From the NCBI GenBank assembly GCA_964016885.1, contig OZ024743.1, forward strand, positions 146,630,001 through 146,694,000: 64,000 nucleotides of DNA, given 5' to 3'. The notes under the pieces are model-generated. The model did no database searches, was not told where the DNA came from, and saw nothing but the letters and a program-made list of their open reading frames with translations. A program made the position numbers and the translations under genes. Within the stretch, counting starts at the first letter, position 1. Every line of letters starts with the position of its first letter. Below are positions 1 to 14,149 of this stretch, piece after piece. The DNA comes from Eledone cirrhosa (Eukaryota).

Positions 1-107
1 CTGAAATGGAGCCTGATGGTAAGAAGCACAATACCAGTTGTTAACATCAACACTATGAAAATAAATAATGATAATATCATTTCTTCCTTTATTTATTTAA
101 CATCATA

Positions 108-297
108 ATAATTGTTTCTACTTTAGGCACAAGGCCAGCAATTACCCAGTGCATTACTGGTACTTTATTTTATCACCCCGTAAGGATGAAAGGCAAAGTC
201 AACCTCGGCGGGATTTGAACTCAGATCATAAAGGGACGTAACTATGCTGGAAAGCATGGCATCCGACCCTCTACCGATACTGCCAATCCACCGCCCT
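108..297 (-). mobile_element. tRNA-derived SINE (family A, short form), full length, 17-bp TSD
   Basis: Minus strand reads gggcggtggatTGGCAGTATCGG (A box)...GAGTTCAAATCC (B box)...gcctttcatccttacgggg...agaaacaattat. TSD tttaacatcataataat at 96-112 and 298-314. About 18 homologues in the window. Confidence 0.9.
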
Positions 298-309
298 TTT
301 AACATCATA

Positions 310-420
310 ATAATGGTTTCTACTATAGGCACAATGCCAGCAGTTTGGGGGAGGGGAAAGTTGATGAAATCAACCCCCAGTACATTACTGGTGCTTTATT
401 ATATTGACCCAGGAATTTAA
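310..420 (-). mobile_element. SINE family A (long form), 3' fragment
   Basis: Tail gtttctactataggcacaa plus the extra gggggaggggaaagttgatgaaatcaacccc segment; head missing. Confidence 0.7.
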
Positions 421-479
421 CACCATAATAATAAAAATAGTATTACAATATCTGATTCTGTTACTCTTGTTATTTTGTA

Positions 480-660
480 GAAGGTCATTCTAGATTGAGC
501 AGACCTGTCATCAAAAGCATTCCAGTCATGACCATTCTCTCTGTATTTTCAGGCACAATATACAGGTTACAATACTCTATATATCCTTTTTTTTCAGAGT
601 GTAGGATGTGGTTTGATGAAGATTTGACTTCTATTTCTTACAGCCCTTGTAGAGGTTTCC
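480..660. mobile_element. Old interspersed repeat (SINE-like family D)
   Basis: gagcagacct...aaagcattccagtcatgaccat...gatttgacttctatttct recurs at 7898-8100, 14440-14850, 15760-15870, 39490-39690 (opposite strand), 42165-42350 and 43200-43320. Confidence 0.55.
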
Positions 661-1094
661 TCGTAGATGTATATTTGTTTGTTAGAAATCTGAGATGTTT
701 ATGTTCCATCAACAACTCTTTGTTCTTTACATGTTCAACAGCATATTAACATGCTGAAAAATAAACTATTATTTGGAATAGTGCCACCTACCCTTTCAAC
801 TAAGTTCATGTAAACATTTTGTGAATGGGGAAGCCCTTATTTTTTCCCCTGGCTGTGACTGACAACAACGTGCTTTAATTATTTTTACCTATTTAGGTAA
901 ATACAATTAAACTTTTAACCACAAAGCAAACAAAAAGAGTAGTGCTTCCTAAGCTCTGAGGTGTGTGACATTTATTTCAAAGAATCAAGCTAGCAGTCAT
1001 TTTGGAAAGGAAGAATAATCAGTTTGCTTTATACACACAATCACACACACGTTTATATATATATGCCTAATATAATGTAATATGGATGTTTAAA

Positions 1095-1130
1095 TATATA
1101 CATAGATACATACATACATACATACATATA

Positions 1131-1183
<53 letters not shown>

Positions 1184-1371
1184 CCTACATACATACACAT
1201 ATATATACAGGCATACATATATCTAATTAGATTTTTACTTTATTTCTTTTGAATTATTTCTTTCTTATATTTGTTTACTGTTTCCTTTCTTTTTGAAGTA
1301 CCTTCTTAATGCAATAAAAACATATTCTTTATTTCAAAAAGCTAATATAAACATGTAAGTGTGAGTATATT

Positions 1372-1408
<37 letters not shown>

Positions 1409-1468
1409 TCACATACAAACACACATATATGTGTATATATATATATATAAATATATATATATATTTAT

Positions 1469-1523
<55 letters not shown>

Positions 1524-1792
1524 TATATATATATAAATATATATATATGTGTATATATATATATATATATGTGTATATATATATATATATGTATATATAT
1601 ATGTATATATATATACATATATATACATATATATACATATATATACATATATATACATATATATATATATAGTATACACACACACACACATATATATATT
1701 TATATACACACATACACACACACATATATAAGTATGTATAAGTGTGTGTGTGTGTGTGTGTATGTGAGTGTGTGTGTTTGTGTATGTATATA
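1095..1792. repeat. Compound (TA)n/(CATA)n/(CA)n/(TG)n microsatellites
   Basis: Seen directly. They generate the spurious IYIY/THTH ORFs. Confidence 0.95.
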
Positions 1793-2231
1793 TGATTTGT
1801 TAGCAAGATCTATTGTGTTGGATCATGACAGTATTGACATTTTCATTTTAGCTTTTAGAAACAATGTTGTGTGAACAACAGTCCTTTTGTTCAACCGGAG
1901 ATACTCTATCAAAGAATTAAAACTAAATTATACCTACTGAACATTGAGAAATTCTAAATATCATTTCTTCCTATTTTATTTTCACGGTCTCACACCTCTT
2001 TTCTTTTGCAAGCCCTTTCCCAACACCACCACCACTGCCATATATATATATACACACATACACACATACACACATACACACATACACACCATACAGTCTG
2101 CTCTGTATTTTCATTCATGCTTTGTTTTATTACCTTATTACCTCATTTCTTTTCTTACTTCCACAGTTTACCATTGCATGATGAAAAAAAAAAAAAAGAA
2201 GAAAATTATAATAAATAAATTATAACAGATG

Positions 2232-2435
2232 CAACAACAACAACAACAACAAAAGCAATGACATTAGCATCATTGTCATCCTCTTCTTCGCCATCATCGT
2301 TTTCGTTATCACCGCCACCAACACCCCTCCTCCTTTTTCTCATCATCATCATCATCATCATCATCATCAGCATCAGCAGCAGCAGCAGTAGCAGCAGCAG
2401 CAACAATAACAACAACAATTACAACATCAACAGCA
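2232..2435. repeat. Compound trinucleotide repeat (CAA)n/(CAT)n/(CAG)n/(AAC)n
   Basis: Seen directly. Confidence 0.9.
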
Positions 2436-2779
2436 TCCATAAATGGAAACGATAAAAAAACTGTTAAACAAAACACAATCTTACAAGCATTATTGAAGAC
2501 AAAGATTACTTTGTAATATCAAAGCATTGCAGAAATTGGCAACAAAAGGATCTAATGAAATTAAGGCAATTCTTGGAAAACAATTGAACTCCAATTTCTT
2601 ATTATTGCTTTGAGGCATTGTTTTCATTAATGTGAATAACAGGAAGACAGGAATATCCACTTCCTCCTTATTGCGCCTCAGAAAAGCATTTTGACACCGA
2701 GCATATTTGAAATTTCACTTCCAATCCCATCTCCAGAAGAAGAAGCTGAACATATGCACTTGTCTACATGTAGTATAAT

Positions 2780-2908
2780 ACACACATATACACACACATA
2801 CACATACACACATATATACATATATACATATATACATATATACATATATACAATGACATTTATCATACATACATAAATGTATGTATGTGAACAAACCAAT
2901 ATATGTGA

Positions 2909-2969
<61 letters not shown>

Positions 2970-3009
2970 ATATTATATATATATACATATGCATATATAT
3001 ATATGAATT

Positions 3010-3042
<33 letters not shown>

Positions 3043-3072
3043 GTATATGTGTGTAATATATATATACATATA

Positions 3073-3147
<75 letters not shown>

Positions 3148-3174
3148 GTATATGTGTATATATATATATATGTC

Positions 3175-3217
<43 letters not shown>

Positions 3218-3260
3218 GTGTATATATATATATATATATGTCTATGTGTATATATATATA

Positions 3261-3293
<33 letters not shown>

Positions 3294-3307
3294 GTCTATG
3301 TGTATAT

Positions 3308-3362
<55 letters not shown>
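2780..3362. repeat. (CA/TA)n microsatellite block
   Basis: Seen directly. Confidence 0.95.
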
Positions 3363-3363
<1 letters not shown>

Positions 3364-4134
3364 AAAGTGATAAAGAGAAAGAAGAGAGTGGGAGAGAGAT
3401 ACCGTATATGTATAATGCAATTTCTGTATGCACAGTGGTGATGTCGGTGTGTATGTGTGATGTTCACCTAGCATCCTATTCATTAAGTCCATTGCTCTCT
3501 CTGGCAATCTCTCAGAATTGCTCAAATCTCTGTTATTAGTGAATGTTTTAAAAATTTTAATTACTACAAGTAATATGCCTCACAGTCACATGACTTGTGT
3601 AAGTGCTGGAAAAAGTTTTAAAAAACAAATAAATAAAGCAACAATAAAAAATTGCTACGAAAACTGAGAAAAATTTAAATGACAAAAAAATTATATAAAT
3701 TACCCCAAAACTAGCAAAACAAAATATTTCCGGAAATTTCCTCTGGCTTGATCTTTTGACTTGATCCTTGTAAGTTCACTTCATTTTTGCTAATATTTCA
3801 CACTAAGTGGATATTATTATTGCAAGGAAAAATTAATTTCACACTCCAGAAAAGAAAAGAAAGAGGAGAGCAGGTAAAAAGAAAGTAATAGTTCACATAA
3901 CAATAATAGATACATAATTTAGAAAAAGTGCTACCTGGGAAAATGAACCTGGCTGAAAGGCAAGTGTAAGATATTTGAAGCTGTATGGTAGTAAATCATA
4001 GCCAATGGATGTAGCAGTTCTGTCTGCAGTGATTGGAGGAATACATTTATAATAACTTACCAGGAAGTTGATATGACTCAAGAAGATGTCTAGGTTTCCA
4101 AAAGCATTGATGGATGTACATAGAACCATTTATA

Positions 4135-5968
4135 TCATCATCATCATCATCATCATCATCACCGTTTTACGTCCGTTCTTCCACGCTAGCATGGGTTAGA
4201 CGGGTTGTCCTGTTGTGGGCAGTGTCCGGTCGGCTGACCATGCCTTGCTCATACAGGAACTGATTTGGCTTGATTTCTACAGCTGGATGCCCTTCTTAAC
4301 ACCAACCTCATTTAAGTGAGTGCTGGGTGCTTTTTCGTGGCGCCTACACGTCCACTTTACAGTGTGGGCTGGGTGCTTTTTTGCCGTGGCACCTCCACGA
4401 CCACCTTGCGGTGGGGGGAGTGGGGGCATATTGTCTATATGCTTCAGCTTGTACCCATGGGAGGTCGGGTACTCTGTATTACTGCGTGACGCCAGAAGTC
4501 ACGGTCGTGTGTCATTGCTTTTGAGAGGTGTAATTGGGTAAGGTCGGCTTTTATCACCTCATCCCAGGTCATCTTGGGTCTCCTACTTGGCGGTTTCCAT
4601 CAACTTCTAGTGCTCTGCACCTTTTTATGCAGCTGTCATCCTTCATATGCATCACATGTCCATACCAGCGCAACCGCCTCTCCTGCACATAGCATTTGAT
4701 TCCTCTTATGCTCAGTCTCTCTCTCAATTCATTTATGCTTTGTCGTTCACGTATATTACTGTTACACATCCATCGGAGCATGCAGGCTTCGTTTCTCTCT
4801 AATCTACGTAAGTCTTCCACCTTCAGCGCCCAGGTCTCACTACCATGCAACATTGCTGTTCGGATACACGCATCATACAGTCTGCCTTTCATTCTGAGGG
4901 AGAAGCCTTTTGCAGCTAGCAGTGGTAGTAGTTCCCTAAACTTCTTCCATCCCGTTCTTACCCTAGTTATTGTACTTTCTGAACACCCACCTCCGCTGCT
5001 AATTCGGTCACCTAGGTAGCAGAAGCTATCTACTGTTTCTACAGAGCCCTCCCAGAGATTGGTGGTACTTGTTTCCTGTGGCTGTTTGCTGCTTGCTGTC
5101 TCATCACAGCTGCTGCATGTGAAGCCTACATTCTTAATTAAGCTTCCTGAGATCCCGCTACATCTCTTGTGTACCCATTGTTTGCATTTGGGGCAGAGAA
5201 TGGAGTTCCTACCTACACCTTTCCTACATACTGAGCAAGGCCATTTCCCTGAGGGGATCTGGGTTCTGTTTTCTCGTCTACTTACAAGGACCTTAGTCTT
5301 TGTCATGTTGACTTTGAGACCCTTTCTTTCTAGTCCCTGCTTCCAAGTTTGGAATTTATTCTCTAGTTCTACCATAGATTCAGCTATGAGTGCGAGGTCA
5401 TCAGCATACAGGAGTTCCCATGGGCATCCGGTCTTAAACTCCTCCGTTATTGCCTGCAGGACTATGATGAACAGGAGGGGGCTAAGAACAGAGCCCTGGT
5501 GGACCCCAACTAAATTCCTTGCTATACTCATTGCTAATCCTAACTTTGCTGACTGCTCCCCTATACATGGCTTCTACCGCTTTCACAAGCCATTCATCTA
5601 CTCCTAGTTTTCTAAGAGCCCACCAGATTACAGCACGTGGAACTCTGTCAAAGGCTTTCTCAAGGTCGACAAATGCCAAGTAGAGTGGCTTACTTTTAGC
5701 TAGGTACTTTTCCTGTAATTGCCTCACAAGGAAGAGGGCATCAGTGGTGCCTCTTCCTGGTACAAACCCAAATTGCATCTCGTCTATTTCCACCCGGTCC
5801 CTAATCAACTGTGCTATAACTCTTTCTGTTACTTTCATGACCTGGTCCATCAACTTTATACCTCTATAGTTTCCTCTATCTAGTGCATCGCCTTTACCTT
5901 TGTAGCAGTTGACAATGATGCTACTGCACCAATCTTTTGGTATGACACCTTCTAGTATTACCTGGTTA
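4135..5968 (-). mobile_element. RTE-clade LINE, subfamily A, 5'-truncated, frameshifted
   Basis: ORFs 5482-5853 (QFGFVPG, FVDLEKAFD) and 4569-5531 (HQGSVLSP, YADD, PHD-like C4HC3, RLRWYGHV). 3' hairpin ccatgctagcgtgg and (GAT)n tail. An 8-nt deletion near 5510 relative to the 48772 copy breaks the frame. Confidence 0.95.
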
Positions 5969-6905
5969 ATATATACATATCTATTATGAATGAGAGATGT
6001 ATGCAGGGTGAAATAAATATATTTTGATTGGTAGAAAATGTAAGATGAAATAATTTGATGAACTTGGGAATAGGGTGATTAAAAAAAGTGATGACACAGA
6101 ATAAAGGTTGTGTTGAAGCACTGATGTTAAAATATGGATGACAATATGTTTGAAGAAATGTGAAGATTTTGAGGATAAATCAATTCATTTCATTAACTTT
6201 TTTTTTCAGTAAGTTTTTTTCAGTTATTTGAACTGAAACTGGATATCTTCTTGGTTTCCTGGTCGAATGTTTTTTTTAGAAGAACTGATAAAATATTTGT
6301 TCTGGGATTGATTCAATTAATTTACATCTTCATCAATATCCAGTTGATGCTATCAGAAATATAAGTGTATAAATAAGTGCTAAATAACGAAAGCAATTCT
6401 AATACCACTCTATATGTTCAATTAATATAAAAAACTGTAGATATGTTATCAATGTTTAAAAGCTGTTTTATGATTCGCTAAAAAGGTATAATAAGGCTGA
6501 AACATATTCAGAGTTGTTACTGTACTTATTAAAGATCAGATTCATTCCTCATTGCCTGCTGCCATTTAATTTTAAATCCATTTGAATTTCAACGAAGTTT
6601 CTTTTGCTTTCTTTGACAAGAACTATAATTAATGTGAATGATTTTTTTTTAAATTTCATTTTGGATGCAATTTTAATTGATTAAACTTATTTTGACGATG
6701 CATTAAGTATGTTTATCTCCCCTGTCTATTTAACAAACAGATTTTGTCTATAGATGACATCTGCAACCTATGCTTATTTAATATTTATAGAACAGTTTAG
6801 TGGTCATCTGTGAACTATGTTAATATAATCTACCTCTAGTAGATATCTATCTGGAACACTTCTTATTCAGCATTTCAGCTTTCCTTTATCAAACTGTACT
6901 GAATT

Positions 6906-7094
6906 GGATGGTGAATTGGCAGTATCGGTAGAGGGTCGGACGCCATACTTTCCAGCATAGTTACGTCCCTTTATGGTCTGAGTTCAAATCATGTTGAGGT
7001 TAACTTTGCCTTTCATCCTTACGGGGTCAATAAAATAAAGTACCAGTAATGTACTGGGTAATTGCTGGCCTTGTGCCAAAAGTAGAAACAATTA
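6906..7094 (+). mobile_element. SINE family A, full length
   Basis: A box tggcagtatcgg, B box gagttcaaatc, tail agaaacaatta. Confidence 0.88.
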
Positions 7095-7177
7095 TATCTT
7101 GAATTAGATGTTCAATATATTGAAATGACAGACTTGAGATATTACTGAAATGATAATGAGCAGGAAATAAAAATTAA

Positions 7178-7574
7178 TATTGGTTTCTGATATAAGCACA
7201 ATTTTGGGAGAGTGGAAAGTCGATTAAATTGACCCCAGTGCATGACTGATACTTTATTTTATTGACCCCGTAAGGATGAAAGGCAAAGATAACTTTGGTG
7301 GGATTTGAACTCTGAATGCAAAGGGATATAACTATAAGCCATACAGAATATTGTCCGATGCTCTACTGATACTGCCATAATCATAATAATTGTTTCTACT
7401 TTTGGCACAAGGCCAGCAATTACCCAGTACATTACTGGTACTTTATTTTATCGACCCCGTAAGGATGAAAGGCAAAGTTAACCTCGGCAGGATTTGAACT
7501 CAGACCGTAAAGGGACGTAACTATGCTGGAAAGCATGGCATTCGACTCTCTACCGATACTGCCAATTCACCGCC
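7178..7574 (-). mobile_element. Two tandem SINE family A copies (older long form 7178-7376; younger short form 7386-7574 with TSD)
   Basis: Both match the family. TSD ccataatcataataat at ~7375-7390 and ~7574-7589. Confidence 0.88.
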
Positions 7575-7672
7575 ATAATCATAATAATAATAAAAAATCA
7601 TAATAAAAATAATCATATGGATAATGTAATTTAAAAACCTTATGTAAGATAACATTGCAACAGCACAAGTTC

Positions 7673-7897
7673 TTAACCCTTTAGCATTTAAACTGGCTGC
7701 ATCTGGCCAGAATTCTCTTATTTCTTTCTGCTCAAACCAGCCATAACTAGTCACTCATACTTATGTTAAGGCATTGTTCTCAAAATAAATAATATCAAAA
7801 TCTCATAGATTCCATATTATGTGAGATAATTATGAGGTAGAGACTTTATCATGAAAATATAAGTATATTTACAGCGATCTAAATGTTAAAGGGTCAA
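7673..7897. mobile_element. piggyBac-type MITE (TTAA target, CCCTTT ends)
   Basis: ttaa-ccctttagcattta ... taaatgttaaaggg-tcaa. A homologous copy lies at 39209-39423. Confidence 0.7.
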
Positions 7898-8100
7898 TGT
7901 TGTTGTTTAGCTCCAAATAGTCCCAGACTGAGCAAAACTTTTATGCAAAACGTTCAAGCCTTGATCATACCATCATTTTATTATGTTCAAGACTACATTA
8001 TTCAATGTATCCTTCCTATTTTTAAGATGGTAGTGTGTGTAATTTGAGGGAGATCTCACTGTTATTTCTAACATGCTGAGTGATTCCACATCCCTCATTG
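7898..8100. mobile_element. Old interspersed repeat (SINE-like family D)
   Basis: gttgttgtttagctcc...gagcaaaac...aatttgagggagatctcactgttatttcta; several homologues in the window. Confidence 0.55.
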
Positions 8101-8812
8101 GCATGAATGCAAGTACAAGGATTATGTGACCTAATTCAGTGTGTGCCAACAAATTATACACTAAATTATACAGATTATGTAATTGGATAAACCTAGGTTT
8201 TTAGTATATGAGTGCTAAGAATCTCTCAGGAGAGCTGGATCGCAGAAGGTCTTCAGAGAAGAAACCCCTGCTCTAGCAAATGTTTCGGCCCTTAACTTCT
8301 TACATTCTAAGGGGGCCCTTCTGCTGACATTTAGCTATTCAGATATTGAAGACTTGTTGTGTATTTAAATAATTGGAGATTTTGTTGACAGGATCTAGCT
8401 GGAACTCTTTCTGTTGCCTCTACTTTCAAACTTATATTCACATGCTTTCTTGAGTTTGGAAAAATAACGTTGGTAGTTATGGTATCAATGAGACATCAAC
8501 AGGATCACTGCTGCCGCCAATACTATGCCCACGACTCACTCAGAATTACTTCCCTTAGTGTGCACTAAAATACAAACATGGTGCCTTCTATGGAGGACGT
8601 TTTTGTCTTCCTCAACCAGATCCAGCTGGAATTCCTTTATGCTGCCTCTGATATTACCTTCACAGCTTTGGTCCTTGTCTTCCCAGAGACTGAAAGTTGT
8701 GTCATGAGATTGTTGGCAGATTTGCCCACAAAGCCTCTGACTCCAACTTCTATGACGAGAACTTTGACTCAAAAGTCAGATTCCCTCAGGTCTTTTTGTT
8801 CTTGATCATGTA

Positions 8813-10810
8813 TCATCATCATCATCATCACTGTTTTACGTCCGTTCTTCCACGCTAGCATGGGTTAGACGGGTTATCCTATTGTGGGCAGTGTCCGGTC
8901 AGCTGACCTTGTCTTGCTCATACGGGAACTGATTTTGGCTTGATTTCTACAGCTGGATGCCCTTCCTAACACCAACCTCATTTACAGTGAGTGCTGGGTG
9001 ATTTTTTTCCATGGAGCCTACATGTCCACTTTACAGTGTAGGCTGGGTGCTTTTTTGCCGTGGCACCTCCATGACCACTTTGCAGTGGGAGGGGTTGGGG
9101 GCATATTGTCTATATGCTTCAGCTTCGGCTTGTACCCATGGGAAGTCAGGATCTTCTGTATTACTGCGTGACACCAGAGGTCACGGTCATGTGTCATCCC
9201 CCTTGAGAGGTGCAATTGGGTAAGGTCGGCTTTTATCACCTTGTACCAGGTCTTCTTGGGTCTCCCCACTCCGCAGTTTCCATCGACTTCTAGTGCTCTG
9301 CACCTTTTTATGCAGCTGTCATCGTTCATATGCATCACATGTCCATACAAACGCAACCTCCTCTCTTGAACGCAGCATTTGATTCCTCTTATGCGCAGTC
9401 TCTCTCTCAATTCGTTTATGCTTTGCAATTCACGTATATTACTATTACACATCCATCGGAGCATGCAGTCTTCGTTTCTTTCTAATCTACGCAAGTCTTC
9501 TACAGACAGCACCCAGGTCTCACTACCATGTAACATTGTTGTTCGTATACATGCATCATACAGTCTAACCTTCATTTTGAGGGAAAAGCCGTTTGCAGCT
9601 AGTAGTGGCAGTAGCTCCCTGAACTTCTTCCATCCTGTTCTTACCCTAGTTATTGTACTTTCCAAACACCCACCTCCACTGCTAATTCGGTCACCTAGGT
9701 AGCAGAAGCTGTCTACTGTTTCTACAGAGCCCTCCCAGATTTTGGTAGTCCTTGTTTCCTGTGGCCGTTTGCTGCTTGCTGTCCCAGTGCAGCTGCTACA
9801 TATAAAGCCTACATTCTTAGTTAAGCTTCCTGAGATCTCACTACATCTCTTGTGTACCCATTGTTTGCATTTGGGGCAGAGAATGGAGTTCCTACCTACA
9901 CCTTTCCTACATACTGAGCAAGGCCATTTCCCTGAGGGGATCTGGGTTCTGTATTCTCATCTACTTACAAGGACCTTAGTCTTTGTCAGGTTGACTTTGA
10001 GACCCTTTCTTTCTAGTCCCTGCTTCCATGTTTGGAATTTCTTGTCTAGTTCCACCATAGATTCAGCTATAAGTGCGAGGTCATCTGCGTACAGAAGTTC
10101 CCATCGGCATCCGGTCTTAAACTCCTCCGTTATTGCCTGCAAAACTATAATGAACAAGAGAGGGTTAAGAACAGAGCCCTGGTGGACACCGACCTGTATG
10201 TTAAATTCCTCGCTATAGTCATTGCTAACCCTAACTTTGCTGACTGCTCCTCTATACATGGCTTGTACAGCTTCCACAAGCCATTCATCTACTTCTAATT
10301 TTCTAAGGGCCCACCAGATTATAGCACGGGGGATTATGTTGAAAACTTTTTCTAGATCAACGAATGCCAGGTAGAACGGCTTACTTTTAGCTAGGTACTT
10401 TTCCTGTAACTGCCTCATAAGGAAGAGGGCATCAGTGGTGTCTTTTCCTGGTACAAACCCAAATTGCATCTCATCTAGTTTTACCTGGTTCCTAATCAAC
10501 TGTGCTATACCTCTTTCCGTTACTTTCATGACTTGGTCCATCAGCTTTATACCTCTATAGTTTCCTCTATCTAGTGCATCACTTTTAACCTTGTAGCAGT
10601 TAACAATGATGCTGCTGCACCAATCTTTGGTATGATACCCTCTAGCATTACCTAGTTAACAATACATGCGGTTATGGTGTGACCTATGTGGTTATGGTAT
10701 GACCAGATGCCTTCAGCATCTCGGCAGCTATACCCGATGGACTGGTTGCCTTCTCCGTCTTCATATCTTTGATTGCCTTACTTACCTCGTTGCTGCTTTC
10801 AAATGGTACG
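8813..10810 (-). mobile_element. RTE-clade LINE, subfamily A, 5'-truncated, with stops
   Basis: ORFs 9957-10541 (FVDLEK, HQGS, YADD) and 9018-9665. Same 3'UTR, hairpin and (GAT)n tail as the 4135 copy. Confidence 0.95.
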
Positions 10811-11822
10811 GTGAGTTCAATCAAAATCAGCTATTTTTATGAACTAAAATGGAGTATAATATCCAGTCTCAAGTTACTCTTTCTGATGATTTCTGCTTGT
10901 TTTGTTGACCCTGGGAGGTGTGCTGTACACTCTCAGTCATTTGCACCACCCAGAAGACTTGATTTCTGTGCTCTGTATGGCATAGCTGTTCCTGGCCATG
11001 ACTTACTGCCTCAAGCATGATAAATGATCAGTAATACAAAAATACAAATTGAAATGTTGAAATTAACTATGAAATAATGTTTTAAAAGTATTACTTAATT
11101 TAAAAAAATTTATTTGTAAAGCATTATATATATCCTCTCAATGCCAGGTGCCATATTTGCCAATAGTTTGAAAAGTAATTTTACCAATCTTAATAATTTT
11201 TTAAATGAGGCAAATAATCATCAACATTTCTTTGTTAATTTTTCCATTAAAATCATGACTTTCTGGTATTTTCTCACACATTTTTGCGAGCAGGTGTGAC
11301 AACACATGATGTCGTGATATAGCACTTTTACGTAAATTTTTCTCTTTCTTTTTCTCTATCCCCCTCTCTCTCTTCCCCTTTCTCTCTCTTTCTCTCTGAC
11401 CACCCACAGTTTTCTATAGTTACTCTATTTATATTATCTGCATTAGACTGTTTAATTTTAAATTCAAATCTAACTAAAATTTCATTATTACATGACTAAT
11501 AATATTAAATTTCAATAGGTAATGCTTATCTTTTATGAAAGTGAAAGTAACTTATTTCACTAAACCTTTCATATATCATTCTTCATTATTTTCAGTTATG
11601 AAACACAAAGGCATAATATTTTTGTTAGAATATCATCACAGAAGGGTTAAATTTACTCACTGATAGTTAAATCTACTCAGTTCATGGCACATTAACAATG
11701 TGAAATTTATGCACTAAGCTGTTTATTTACTGTGCAAATGTTGTATGTTATCTAAAGAAATATCCAATTAAGTGTACTGTTGTACTGTGTGCTGAGATAA
11801 TAATCAGTATATAAAATATATA

Positions 11823-11980
11823 GACGGTGAATTAGCAGAGTTGTTAGAACATCGGATAGAATGCTTTGTAGTATACATTTCTGCTCTGCTCTGTGAGTTC
11901 AAATCCCATCGAGGTCAACTTTGCCATTCATCCATTCATGGTCGATAAAAATGTACCAGTCAAGTACTGGGGTTGATTCT
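11823..11980 (+). mobile_element. Diverged SINE family A
   Basis: gacggtgaattagcagag...gagttcaaatccc...ttgccattcatcc...gtcgataaaaatgtaccag. Confidence 0.7.
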
Positions 11981-12519
11981 TCTTCTATATCTCTTTCTTT
12001 CACTCTCTCTATCATTCACTGGAAGAAATTTACTATATTCAGGCCTTGGGAGGAGATGGGCTCTGCCAGATGTAAAAAATGCCATAGAGACGCCATATGT
12101 CAATATGGCACCACTACGACCCCCTAAGGAGTCACGGTCCCATACCATAATATATCATATAAAATATAGACAAAACTTTATATATGGGAAGTAATGTTAG
12201 TTTCTGAGAAATATGTGAGAAGATTAATTCCACTGATTTATCTTCATCATCACTATAGTACGAGAAGGAATAACTTCAGAAGTAATTTTTTGAAATGAAA
12301 TAATTTTCCTAATCTCAATATTCTTTAGTGAGTACCTATCTATTGAAGATGGATAAAAGATTCTGAAATATGTATATAGCACTCTCACATATACTCATAG
12401 CAAGATTATATAGTTATTATACATAAACATATAGTCTTGGTATGAGTATTTTAAGTTGCGCTCATATTACAACTACTTCATTATTATAAAGTAACTTATT
12501 TCACTATTTCATTATTATA

Positions 12520-12657
12520 AAGGGACGTCCCTTTACGATCTGAGTTCAAATCCCGCCGAGGTTGACTTTGCCTTTCATCCTTACGGGGTCGATAAAATAA
12601 AGTACCAGTAATGCACTGAATAATTGCTGGCCTTGTGCCTAACGTAGAAACAATTAT
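12520..12657 (+). mobile_element. SINE family A, 5'-truncated
   Basis: B box through tail, near-consensus. Confidence 0.85.
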
Positions 12658-12919
12658 TCATGTAAGGTTGTATATACATACATGCACACATACATACATA
12701 ATGCTTATATACATACATATATTTATATATATATGTTTATATACATACATATATATATATATATTCAGTATGTGTAACCTGAATATTATGCAATGATTTC
12801 TTTACATATGAAACTGCTTGCCCAAGGGGTAGCCGAAGAAGAAAATAGATGCTTTTGTGCATTTGTCCCACATATTTCATTTTTTTAATGTGTAACTTTG
12901 CTATATATATATGTATATG

Positions 12920-13042
<123 letters not shown>

Positions 13043-13094
13043 CATATATATATAAGCATATACACATATATATATGCATATATGTATACAATCG

Positions 13095-13240
13095 GCGTCT
13101 GTAGTTTGCATTTACAAAATTCTGTTCACAAGGTATTGGTCAACTTAGGCTATAGAAGAAGATACGTGTCCAAGGTATCACAAAGTGGGACTGAATGCAG
13201 AACTACATGGTTGTAAACAAACTCCTTAATCATGCCTGCA
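13095..13240 (-). mobile_element. Degraded tRNA/CORE-type SINE
   Basis: ggctatagaagaagatacgtgtccaagg...gtgggactgaa; the reverse complement gives a B-box-like motif and ttggacacgt.. CORE-like motif. Confidence 0.5.
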
Positions 13241-13846
13241 CCTATAATGTTCTTTATAGTATTTTATTTGCATTGAAATTTCAAAACTGACAGAATACAA
13301 TAAGTATATATAATCTCATCTAACATATGACGATTAGTAAATTTAAGATGTGTAAATCTTGTGAATCAGCATTTTCCTCTTAGAACATGTTCCGAAATTT
13401 TAGCAAAAATATATCAAGAACTTATAAGAAATCATTAAATTGTCAAATGTAAAATAATCAAAATAATTTCACGCACACACACATATATACACTACATATA
13501 CTATATATACATATGTATTGACAAACTACTTAATACAACTTATTTAAATTTAAGGAAATGAAATTTAATTAAGACAAAGTTTTAAAATACCACTTTCATG
13601 AATTTTATAGCAAAGAAGAAAAATATATACCAACTGTAATCACAATTCAAAGGACGCAATCATTACACATATACGTACACACAAATATACATAGACATAT
13701 TTTGTATTGTCATTTACTGACTTAATATTTTTTGGTGTTTTTTCATTTTAAGAATGCATTAATTAATTAATACATATATATACACATACATAGATGCATA
13801 TGCATACACACACACACATATATATCTATAGATAAATATATATATA

Positions 13847-13890
<44 letters not shown>

Positions 13891-14149
13891 GTGTGGGTAT
13901 ATATATATATATATATATACAAAGCTAAGTAGAGGCTTGCTAATACTCAGCTTTGAATAAACATTATTCTAGTCTACTTCATTCTATTGAGTACTTTTTT
14001 TACTTAAGTGCATTCACGCCTAAAAGATTCAAACATTAACTGTATGAGCACTCAATACTGGTGTGTAGTGTGTAGAAATTTCTAAGTAAAAAAGTGACAG
14101 TGACTTCGAAGTTTCAACTTAGTCACTTCATCTGCACACACATACATAG

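Noticed and set aside
2206-2455. PolyQ/H/S-like ORFs
   Set aside because: Compound trinucleotide microsatellite without credible splice context.
1329-3525. Many [12 protein letters not shown] ORFs here and at 12.7-13.2, 16-18, 22.4-22.9, 57.2-57.7 and 59.8-60.1 kb
   Set aside because: Translations of stop-free microsatellites; not genes.
3893-4129. Possible minus-strand exon (ctg/gtaagt at ~4058); similar isolated splice-like sites at ~11003 and ~18572
   Set aside because: No recognisable peptide or matching partner splice site.
4696-5607. Recurrent antisense ORFs over RTE copies (also 9379-10218, 48826-49941, 54351-56521)
   Set aside because: Shadows of the RT frame that recur only because the element is repeated; no motifs.
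8270-8332. Minus-strand cagcaga-ag-ggccc..gggcc-GAAA-catttg hammerhead-like motif
   Set aside because: Two core mismatches and no clear UH or stem I; too degenerate to call.
8525-8805. Overlapping 60-78 aa ORFs
   Set aside because: No recognisable domain; lengths are within chance expectation.
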